Assembly (NCBI GenBank): GCA_041736305.1
Contig: JBGSTX010000018.1
Coordinates: 1 to 13,784, forward strand
Length of the DNA: 13,784 nucleotides
DNA from: Oligoflexus sp.
Lineage (GTDB): Bacteria > Bdellovibrionota_B > Oligoflexia > Oligoflexales > Oligoflexaceae
Direction: 5' to 3'
The notes beneath the pieces were generated by a model, which worked only from the letters and a program-made list of their open reading frames with translations, was not told the DNA's origin and did not search any database. This document shows, piece by piece, positions 1 to 6,727 of the stretch (the first letter of the stretch is position 1; every line of letters begins with the position of its first letter). The position numbers were made by a program, and so were the translations under genes.

Positions 1-1
1 C

Positions 2-916
2 GCGGCCCTGGATCCTAGTGGTAAAGCGCTACCTTTCACGATTATTTTCGAATACAACCTTCCCCCTCTCTTCAAAAATTATAGTGCCGCTGATAATCGG
101 CGAATCTGGGCAGCCCGCTTTCATTCCAACGCGTGGACTCAGCAGGAGGTGAATAATACGTGGATCCAGGTAGCTCGCCCTTATGGTCGGGACTTCAATG
201 CTGAACTTGCAACCAGCACAGATCTCTTCGTGAGACGAGGCGCCAATCCCAAAGGCATCAACGGTAGTTCTCTGAGCCAAGTCCGAAGCAACGAAATCGC
301 TCTCGGCGAACCCTGGTCCATGCGGGAGTTTCGGCTTCAGCCTAACGGCACCCTTAGAATCGCTCCTACGGCTCAGACACCTCAGGGTGTCTTCAACAAT
401 CGGCACCCTAACCCCGCCGACGGCTCTGCATTCACTTCAAGGAGCCGAGAGCTGCTGAGCTTTCTCGCGGGGAATGTCGATAGAGTCACTAAACTCGAAC
501 ATACAATTCCTGCCAGCATGCTCGCCGCCGAGTCGCTGGAGAACTTCGCCGATACCGAGTGGCTCAAAGACGCGGCGAGCGGGAAAAGTCTGCCCATCAC
601 AGGGGATCGCTCGACAGACGAGCTGGTTCGCAAAGGCTTTGCAGTCAGCACCTGCAACGGTTGCCACAACGCTGAAGTTGAACAGATCGCAAGCTTCTAT
701 CACATCAGCCCCTTCGATGGCCCGACTAAGACGAGCGAAAATCTCGATAGACTATCTGCCTTCATGAAAAATGAAGATATACCGCGACGCGTTGCCTTCA
801 TGCAGCACTTGCTCTGTGGCGGGGAATGCGCGGTGCCCACAAATGAGATTAACAATCCGCTTAAATCGAAGAAGTTCAAAGATGCGAAATATCCGCTGAA
901 GCGCCGCCCTCACTGA
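2..916 (+). CDS. 5'-truncated uncharacterised protein with a C-terminal CxxCH (putative c-type heme) motif
   Basis: The frame is open from nt 2 (AALDPSGKALPFTIIFEYNLP...) through the track's GTG at 149 to TGA at 914-916, so the true start lies upstream of the window. CNGCH is encoded at 653-667. Blocks FTIIFEY, NGSSLSQVRSNEIAL, WSMREFRL and QTP resemble an uncharacterised myxobacterial-type secreted family (recalled, not searched). Confidence 0.85.
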   Translation, partial: AALDPSGKALPFTIIFEYNLPPLFKNYSAADNRRIWAARFHSNAWTQQEVNNTWIQVARPYGRDFNAELATSTDLFVRRGANPKGINGSSLSQVRSNEIALGEPWSMREFRLQPNGTLRIAPTAQTPQGVFNNRHPNPADGSAFTSRSRELLSFLAGNVDRVTKLEHTIPASMLAAESLENFADTEWLKDAASGKSLPITGDRSTDELVRKGFAVSTCNGCHNAEVEQIASFYHISPFDGPTKTSENLDRLSAFMKNEDIPRRVAFMQHLLCGGECAVPTNEINNPLKSKKFKDAKYPLKRRPH

Positions 917-959
917 TCAGGGGCCGGATAAATCGGCTGTTGCACGACCCAATCTAAGC

Positions 960-997
960 CACAACGCCATTCCTTACTTCTGAGGATTGGCGTTGTG
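960..997 (+). terminator. Long imperfect hairpin downstream of the CxxCH gene (terminator or RNA-stability element)
   Basis: CACAACGCCA-TTCCTTA (960-976) pairs with TGAGGAT-TGGCGTTGTG (981-997), with one mismatch and one G:U. There is no clear U-tract. Confidence 0.5.
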
Positions 998-1075
998 CCG
1001 TGAAAAAGGCGGTTTGCGAGATCATCAGGCTTCGCTATATTTGCGAGAGTCCGAAAAAAAGTAAGGAGAGCCTCC

Positions 1076-1651
1076 ATGCTTGATCTGTCGAGACGCCAAT
1101 TTGGAAGATTCTGGAGATTTGTCCTCGTCTTCCTAAGCCTGAATATTTTAGGAGCAGGCTGTCGTTCGACTAAAGACTCTACTTTTGCGAGTGGCTTGGA
1201 GCAGCCAGCTATCTCATTCGAAGCAGAGGAGGGCTTAAACGATCTACGTTTGCATAATGCTTTCGCCTATATCGCCGAGGAAACCCGCAGCAAGGGTGGG
1301 ATCACTTACGATCTAAAGGCTAAGCGAAAGGTGGAGATCGGCGCAAAAGCCTATGCAGTTAGTCTTAAAGGCGGAAAAATTCTACCAGCTTCGGCCTCCG
1401 AAAGCAGGATCGCCTCTGCAGCTGAAGAACTAGTGCTCAATCATCTCGACGATTTCTTCCTGCGGGGGCATATGCTCGGTACCTGGATTGATGAAACTAG
1501 CAATCAGCTCCATATCGATCGAACGCTGCTACTCTACTATTCTCCGGCTACTCGAGATGAAACCTTTCGCTCCTGCGTCGATGTCGCTAAACGCGAAGAG
1601 CAAAAGTCAGTCTTTGATATGGCTACGGGTCAAGTTATCCCAGTCAGATAA
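1076..1651 (+). CDS. Predicted lipoprotein (191 aa) with a small alpha/beta domain of phage-like/SAM-lyase-like type
   Basis: RBS AAGGAG upstream of ATG. N-terminus has SRRQF, a hydrophobic stretch and lipobox LGAG-C29. Domain motifs are GGITY, YAVS, LGTWID, LHID and EQKSVFD. Confidence 0.8.
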   Translation: MLDLSRRQFGRFWRFVLVFLSLNILGAGCRSTKDSTFASGLEQPAISFEAEEGLNDLRLHNAFAYIAEETRSKGGITYDLKAKRKVEIGAKAYAVSLKGGKILPASASESRIASAAEELVLNHLDDFFLRGHMLGTWIDETSNQLHIDRTLLLYYSPATRDETFRSCVDVAKREEQKSVFDMATGQVIPVR

Positions 1652-1658
1652 ATTACTA

Positions 1659-2627
1659 TTAACGAGTTAAGTAATCAAAGCCAACTAGTGAGGCAAAAAG
1701 TTCATCGCCCTTCATTTGATAGTAGGTATCCTCAGAGGTGGAATCGCGAACTTCAAAGGCATCGGTCGATGAACTGTAGCCAACTACCACAAAGAGGTGA
1801 TTTTCTTGCTGGACTGTGAGAGCACCGTTTTCCTTCAATTTGCTCAGAAATACTTGGCGCCGTTCTTCTAAGGACATATTTTTGGTGTCGATGCGATTAA
1901 ACTTAATTTTTTCCAGGGCAGCAGGCAAGCTGTCCGACTTGTGCACTTCTTGCAGGCTCGCAATTTTCTGCGCAAGCTCTTCAACAAGCGGCTTCATTTC
2001 TTTCTTTATGGCCGCATCCGAACTAGTCGTGGCTGTTTGGAAAATCTTCCAGCGAGCGTCAACAAAACGAGCCGTGATCTCATACAATTCGCTTAAGACT
2101 TGCTGATCGCTTACGAATTTGTCCGTTTTTAGGACCAGCCTCTGACGCATGCTCTCAAATGCTGTACTGGACTGATTGTCTTGCCCCAAAAGGAGTCCTC
2201 CTAGGAGGCCGGGTCTAGTTTCGAAGACGCCCCACGTGAGGTCACTCTTCCTCTCTTCATCGCTTGTCAACTTTTTAAAGTCATCGGTCATGGCATGCTT
2301 CTGCATCGCTTTGAAGTTGAGCACTTCGAGGTCCAGCGCTTTGTCTACGCTAGCATCTTGCATTTCCCACCAGTCATAGTAGAAAGTCGAACCAAAATCG
2401 ATACGATTGGCAGCTGCTCGCTCATCTGCTTGGCGATGGACCAACACGGCCTGGAGGGCCCAGATATAACACGATCCAGTGTCCCCCTGGAGGGGCTTTG
2501 GCGGATCAGAGAGTCGATAGTCGATGTCGAGGCTTGGAAGTGTGCTTAGCGCCTGCGAGGTACCTTGGCTTGGGCCGCAGGCTACTAATGTGGAGGCAGT
2601 TAGGGCAAGAATAAAAAACTTCTGCAT
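1659..2627 (-). CDS. Predicted lipoprotein, papain-fold (clan CA, C1-like) cysteine peptidase, 322 aa
   Basis: RBS AAGGA upstream. Lipobox LVA-C17. Papain hallmarks in order: LPSLDIDYR (cf. xPxxVDWR), Q47-GDTGS-C53-YIWA (cf. QGxCGSCWAF), N-H277-LFVVVGY (cf. NHAVxxVGY), FEVR-D295-S (cf. WxxKNSW). Confidence 0.85.
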   Translation of the reverse strand: MQKFFILALTASTLVACGPSQGTSQALSTLPSLDIDYRLSDPPKPLQGDTGSCYIWALQAVLVHRQADERAAANRIDFGSTFYYDWWEMQDASVDKALDLEVLNFKAMQKHAMTDDFKKLTSDEERKSDLTWGVFETRPGLLGGLLLGQDNQSSTAFESMRQRLVLKTDKFVSDQQVLSELYEITARFVDARWKIFQTATTSSDAAIKKEMKPLVEELAQKIASLQEVHKSDSLPAALEKIKFNRIDTKNMSLEERRQVFLSKLKENGALTVQQENHLFVVVGYSSSTDAFEVRDSTSEDTYYQMKGDELFASLVGFDYLTR

Positions 2628-2984
2628 CGTGAATCCTTCAATGTGGTTTATGAGTTAACGTCTCGACTTGACACGGGATTTAGGCCGGAATTTGGACCTT
2701 GTCAAGCAAGTTGGTTGGTGCTTAGGTCGCCCTTCAGCGTGTGATTTGCTTCAATTTGCTTCAAATTCGAAATTTTCGCCTATTTTTACTCCTATATGTT
2801 GCGGCTGCAACGTGTTTGATTGAGGCAGATAGACGTTGAAGGTCTAAGGCCTAACCGCATCATCTCTTGGTTCTTTTAATCGTAATGAACTAAAAATGCA
2901 GAACCCGGCTCGAACTCTTGAGATGACCTCAAAGCAGCACTAAATTTTCCATCTCCATACATTTAAGAAGCTGAAATTAAAAAC

Positions 2985-3110
2985 ATGCTACTGGCGAGCC
3001 ACGTGGAAATATTCCGAGGCTTTATGATGGTGAAGGGCTTCACGCAAGCCAAGGACTCCTCAGATGCCTACAAGAAAGTAAAGGCTTTAGTGGCTAAACT
3101 TCCGTCTTGA
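2985..3110 (+). CDS. Possible 41-aa small ORF or 3' remnant of a decayed gene (MLLASHVEIFRGFMMVKGFTQAKDSSDAYKKVKALVAKLPS)
   Basis: ATG at 2985, TGA at 3108-3110 followed by an in-frame TAG, then a + strand intrinsic terminator 26 nt later. No good RBS. It is below the ORF-track length cut-off. Confidence 0.3.
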   Translation: MLLASHVEIFRGFMMVKGFTQAKDSSDAYKKVKALVAKLPS

Positions 3111-3136
3111 TAGCTCAAGCACTTAATGTGACCGGG

Positions 3137-3162
3137 GAGGGATGGTTCGACCATCCTTTTTT
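3137..3162 (+). terminator. Intrinsic terminator, + strand
   Basis: Stem GGATGGT (3140-3146), loop TCG, ACCATCC (3150-3156), then TTTTTT (3157-3162). There is no A-tract on the left side, so polarity is +. Confidence 0.7.
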
Positions 3163-3209
3163 GGTCTTGTCTGCGATCTCGGCGCACAAATCACTAGCAA
3201 ACTAACAAT

Positions 3210-4850
3210 CTAGGAACCTGCCAAGTACTCATCGTAAATCTTCTTCAGCTTCGATAGAACGTTTGAATCATGCGTCTTGATTCTATCTAGTGCTGGGCTT
3301 TTAAGCTTCGTCATAAACTCCAGCTTTTTGCTAGGTTTAGTAAGATTTTCAGGACCATCATCGTAATCAGGGATGAGCGGAAATTCGGCCAGTTTTTGCA
3401 GTAGATCTTGCTGCAACTTATCTTGGTCCTTTGCAATCGAGTCGGCATAAATAAATTTAAGGGCCAGAACATCCTGGGGGAAAAATTTTGCGTCGTATTT
3501 GATCAAATCGAAAGGCAAACCGAAAGGATAGCCCATGATAGAGCTCATCACAGGCTCCCCTGCATTATTCAGGTAGAGGCCTCCGAAGTTGTGAGCTAGC
3601 CCCAGGGCATGACCAAACTCATGAGTGATCACGGCTTTGTTAACCAGATTGACTTCGCGATCGAAATCGGCGACCAAGCCAATCTTTTGCATGGCTTCGA
3701 TGTAGGGCCATAGCAGTTTGCTGCCGACCCAGACTACCACCTGGCAGGCCATTGAAGTTCCGTTGACGTCTGACTCCGCACAGCTTGCGACACCAGGGTT
3801 CTCGATAGTGGGATCTATGCGGAAGCTGATAGTGCTCTCGACCGAAGGATCTTCTGAAACCAGCACGAGCTGGCGTCCCAGCTCGGGGACCTCCGCTCGC
3901 AACTGCTTTACCAGCTGTCGAAGGGTAGTGCTGACTAAGACTCCACCTTCTGAGTTCAAGGGCTGTCCTTCGGAGTCTCTTAGATCGTCGATACCGACCT
4001 TCTTTGAGATATCGAGACGCGAGACGGCCATTTTATTAGGATCGTCGGTTTCAGTGAGAATGAGAGCCATCTTCTGACGTCCCCCTCTAGTGAAGGGCTT
4101 GAGATCCCCGCTTGCGAAAAACATGCCTTTCGACTTGTCTTCAAGGGGGAAGTCGAAGATTGGTTCCGAAAATTCAAAATTATATTCAGAGTTAAGGGCG
4201 AACTGCACGGCATTCTTGCCATCGTGCACACTGAGTTCACAGGAACCGCTCAATCTCGCACCATTGTGTCTCCAGTAGACGGAGGTGAAGTAGGAGATAT
4301 TTGTCTGGATCGCAAGCTTCTTGGTATCGAGTTTGCCTTGCTTTACGGCCCATTCGACGAGCGGCGATTTCATTAGCGCTTCTTTCGAAAAAGGGCAACG
4401 CGAGACAGCTCTGCGCATCGCCTCCCACTCTAGGTAGGATCGGCCGTTAGCTTCCATAATGGGGAGCTTTTGAACTTCGCTTCCAAACTTTATGACAGCT
4501 CCCTGGGGATCGATGCTGAGGGAGAACGGTACCTTTTCGCCGGTTAAGTAGCGGTCTTCTTGAACCTTTTTCAGAAAGGATTCAGGCAGGGCAGAGAACG
4601 CATCGTCCAATTCAAGCTTCTTTACACCTGCCGGAAGTTGGTCCCAGTCTAGTAAAAAGACCCCTGTCGTGTGAAAGCTGACCTTCTGAGTACTCACTGA
4701 TTTTCCAGGTAGAAGGTAGAGCTTTCTCAGAAAGCCAGAATCGCGGAAGCCACTCGTATCGGCATCACTTGCAACAGTTGACCTACATGCCACTAGACAA
4801 AAACAGGACCAGATAAGACCAAACCGAAGCAAGGTGCGGGTCGACCCCAT
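3210..4850 (-). CDS. Predicted lipoprotein, zinc metalloprotease of the metzincin clan (matrixin/EcxA-like C-terminal catalytic domain), 546 aa
   Basis: HEFGHALGLAH (HExxHxxGxxH) followed by NF and the Met-turn SSIMGY. Start placed at ATG 4850, which has AGGAG 10 nt upstream and gives signal MGSTRTLLRFGLIWSCFCLVA-C, rather than TTG 4910. Confidence 0.88.
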   Translation of the reverse strand: MGSTRTLLRFGLIWSCFCLVACRSTVASDADTSGFRDSGFLRKLYLLPGKSVSTQKVSFHTTGVFLLDWDQLPAGVKKLELDDAFSALPESFLKKVQEDRYLTGEKVPFSLSIDPQGAVIKFGSEVQKLPIMEANGRSYLEWEAMRRAVSRCPFSKEALMKSPLVEWAVKQGKLDTKKLAIQTNISYFTSVYWRHNGARLSGSCELSVHDGKNAVQFALNSEYNFEFSEPIFDFPLEDKSKGMFFASGDLKPFTRGGRQKMALILTETDDPNKMAVSRLDISKKVGIDDLRDSEGQPLNSEGGVLVSTTLRQLVKQLRAEVPELGRQLVLVSEDPSVESTISFRIDPTIENPGVASCAESDVNGTSMACQVVVWVGSKLLWPYIEAMQKIGLVADFDREVNLVNKAVITHEFGHALGLAHNFGGLYLNNAGEPVMSSIMGYPFGLPFDLIKYDAKFFPQDVLALKFIYADSIAKDQDKLQQDLLQKLAEFPLIPDYDDGPENLTKPSKKLEFMTKLKSPALDRIKTHDSNVLSKLKKIYDEYLAGS

Positions 4851-4984
4851 GATAGAAGTACTCCTACTTTGTGTTCCAAAAACACTAGGTTGATGCAGCA
4901 GAAATGGCAAGTCTAACTCAGCAGACCCTCAAAAGGCATGGTGACAGGTGCGATAAATGGTTGGGATCAATGCGGGGTGGGGAG

Positions 4985-5011
4985 ACTCGCCTATGGACTA
5001 CATAGGCGAGT
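4985..5011 (-). terminator. Perfect 11-bp hairpin closing the minus-strand GT9 gene run (probable terminator)
   Basis: ACTCGCCTATG (4985-4995), 5-nt loop, CATAGGCGAGT (5001-5011), 20 nt past the stop at 5032. There is no U-tract. Confidence 0.6.
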
Positions 5012-5031
5012 AATCTTGGCTTTCCTGAGAT

Positions 5032-5241
5032 TCAGTTTTCGAAGGGCTCAGCTTCTTCAAGGAAATCGACAAACTTAAAGTTAACCAACTCCTGCGCAGT
5101 TATGATGCGCATGTCACCATCAGTGGCGTCGTCATCTTCCTTGGTAGCTAGATAGCTCCCCTCGGAATTGGCGCCCGGATGGTAGTTGATCACTTGCCAC
5201 ATCTGCTTTTTTTCTTTGTCAAACACGCGGAATGGTAACAT
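5032..5241 (-). CDS. Small acidic hypothetical protein (69 aa) with a YopX-like N-terminal motif
   Basis: MLPFRVFDKEKKQMWQV resembles the YopX-family start FRxWDKxxKxM. AAGAGG lies 11 nt before ATG 5241 but only 2 nt before GTG 5250, favouring the ATG. Confidence 0.75.
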   Translation of the reverse strand: MLPFRVFDKEKKQMWQVINYHPGANSEGSYLATKEDDDATDGDMRIITAQELVNFKFVDFLEEAEPFEN

Positions 5242-5268
5242 AAAGCTCACAACCTCTTACCTTTTGCT

Positions 5269-5580
5269 TCACGTTGAAGAAGACTCGTCTTTTAACCTCT
5301 TAGGACGGTGGTAAACCGTCCTGGCCTTGACGTCTACTGTCTTCTTCTGAATTAAGGAGGGCAAAGATATCTCATAGAGCTGTTCTGTGACAATCTTTTC
5401 CAGATTCGAACGGGTGACTCCGCGTTCGACGAGATTGAGAAAAGTCTCCAGCAAGGGCGCATGCCGAAACGAGAAACGACGTCCCCCAAAGTCTACTACT
5501 ATGCCTAAACGAGGCAACCAGGAAAACTTGCGCGAGCGACTCTTCTCGCTCCGATCGACTCGAAACAAATTTACGATCAT
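5269..5580 (-). CDS. Small basic hypothetical protein (103 aa, MIVNLFRVDRSEKSRSRKF...)
   Basis: ATG at 5580 overlaps the GT9 stop (ATGA) and has GGAGG 6 nt upstream, indicating translational coupling. The longer 5697 start overlaps GT9 and is unlikely. Confidence 0.75.
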   Translation of the reverse strand: MIVNLFRVDRSEKSRSRKFSWLPRLGIVVDFGGRRFSFRHAPLLETFLNLVERGVTRSNLEKIVTEQLYEISLPSLIQKKTVDVKARTVYHRPKRLKDESSST

Positions 5581-6635
5581 TCTATTCCTCCCTGGCCGCT
5601 TGAGAGCAGCTTCTTCCATGTTTTTTTGACACCAACGAGCTGCCGCCCTTGAGCTGAGGCTTCTGCGACGGATCGCATACCGTTCAGAGCTTGCCACAGC
5701 TCTTCCTCACTGATCAAGTCGATCGGACCGCGTTTTTGCTCGCTGCTCTGCCCGGCTTGCAGGGCTCCATGCCTTTCGCTCAGGGGACACCAGGTTTTCG
5801 CGTAAGTGGGACCGTGAAGCTGGAGCGATGGCGTATCGACCGCGACCGCAACATGACTCGGTCCATTGGAATTACCGACGAAGAGATCGCAGTTGGCGAT
5901 GAGCGCCGCCAGTTCTCGAAAACTCGTCGCGGGGGCGAGATAGGTCTTTTCCTTCGCCATACACATCGCCCTTTGAACAAACTCCTGCTCACCTGGCCCC
6001 CAGATCCAAAGCACGGCGGCCCCCCACGTGCGCGTGAGGCGATCTGCAAGCGCTGCGTAACGGCTGAGCGGCCACTGGCGCTCCACCCGTCGATGCGTTG
6101 GGCTGAGGACGACGCGCAGCGGTGCTACTGCCAGTGCCGGTTCACTCTGCAGCCATTTTTCACTGAGGGCAGCATGCTGCGCCGACCATGGGAGGTCGAG
6201 ACCCTGCGCCACAGGGCTTATGGACAGCTGCTCGAGGTAGCGGAATTTCTCGCGGACGATGTATTCGACTTCAGGATTTTGCGCCACGCTTTCGGTGAAG
6301 AGAAAATCCCTTCGCGAGGGAAAGGCCAGGCGCCTTGAAGCTCCAGTCCAGCGAGCATAGAACGCACTGCGGGGATTATACATGAAGTCGAGAACTATAT
6401 CGTAGGACGCGCGCCGCAGCTTCTTGAGCAGTGCGGCCTGCTCAGTCCAGCTGCTGCCGTAGATGATCAGTTCGTGAAGATACGGATTGCCTTCGAGCAC
6501 CAATCGCCCCATGGGATGAGCGAGAAAACTCACCTCGGCTTCGGGCCAGGCTCGCTTGATTTCACGGATGCAGGGGGTTGTAAGGAGGATATCGCCTAGC
6601 TGGCGAAGCTGCAAAAGGAGTATTTTCGGGGCCAC
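5577..6635 (-). CDS. Glycosyltransferase family 9, ADP-heptose:LPS heptosyltransferase-like (WaaF/WaaQ/WaaC family)
   Basis: KILLLQLRQLGDILLTTP N-terminal motif, YDIVLDF, RQWP, WGPGE, ELAALIANCDLFVGNSNGPSHVAVA...LHGPT. GTG start with GGAGAGG RBS. Confidence 0.93.
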   Translation of the reverse strand: MAPKILLLQLRQLGDILLTTPCIREIKRAWPEAEVSFLAHPMGRLVLEGNPYLHELIIYGSSWTEQAALLKKLRRASYDIVLDFMYNPRSAFYARWTGASRRLAFPSRRDFLFTESVAQNPEVEYIVREKFRYLEQLSISPVAQGLDLPWSAQHAALSEKWLQSEPALAVAPLRVVLSPTHRRVERQWPLSRYAALADRLTRTWGAAVLWIWGPGEQEFVQRAMCMAKEKTYLAPATSFRELAALIANCDLFVGNSNGPSHVAVAVDTPSLQLHGPTYAKTWCPLSERHGALQAGQSSEQKRGPIDLISEEELWQALNGMRSVAEASAQGRQLVGVKKTWKKLLSSGQGGIE

Positions 6636-6727
6636 GCAAAAGTCCTCTCCGAGTCAGCAAAAAACTGTCAACGGAAAGGACCTTACAGGAGAAAAGCCGG
6701 AGGAATAAGATGCCTTAAAAGCGCAGC

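Noticed and set aside
149-916. GTG at 149 (preceded by AGGAG) as the true start
   Set aside because: The frame is open to the window edge with conserved-looking sequence (PFTIIFEY...W) upstream, and the AGGAG abuts the GTG with no spacer.
1076-2627. Convergent lipoprotein pair as a toxin-immunity or protease-inhibitor module
   Set aside because: The genes are on opposite strands with separate promoters, and there is no sequence evidence for an inhibitor fold or a secretion-system effector marker.
4851-4910. TTG 4910 start for the metalloprotease; likewise GTG 5697, GTG 5250 and GTG 12334 starts from the ORF track
   Set aside because: Downstream ATGs (4850, 5580, 5241, 12349) have properly spaced RBSs and give canonical N-termini.
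1-5030. Left region as a prophage or IS-bounded mobile element
   Set aside because: No integrase, transposase, tRNA, att-like direct repeat or structural phage gene is visible in the window.
5691-6338. 215-aa + strand ORF and other long shadow ORFs (8110-8541, 9317-9940, 10349-10897, 11582-12046, 12895-13500, 29-406)
   Set aside because: They are antisense to well-supported genes and have no recognisable motifs. Such ORFs are expected from codon bias in GC-rich coding DNA.
6666-6671. Minus-strand TTGACA as the -35 of a GT9 promoter
   Set aside because: The -10 position would fall on the RBS (AGAGGA), too close to the start codon and with no TAnnnT match.
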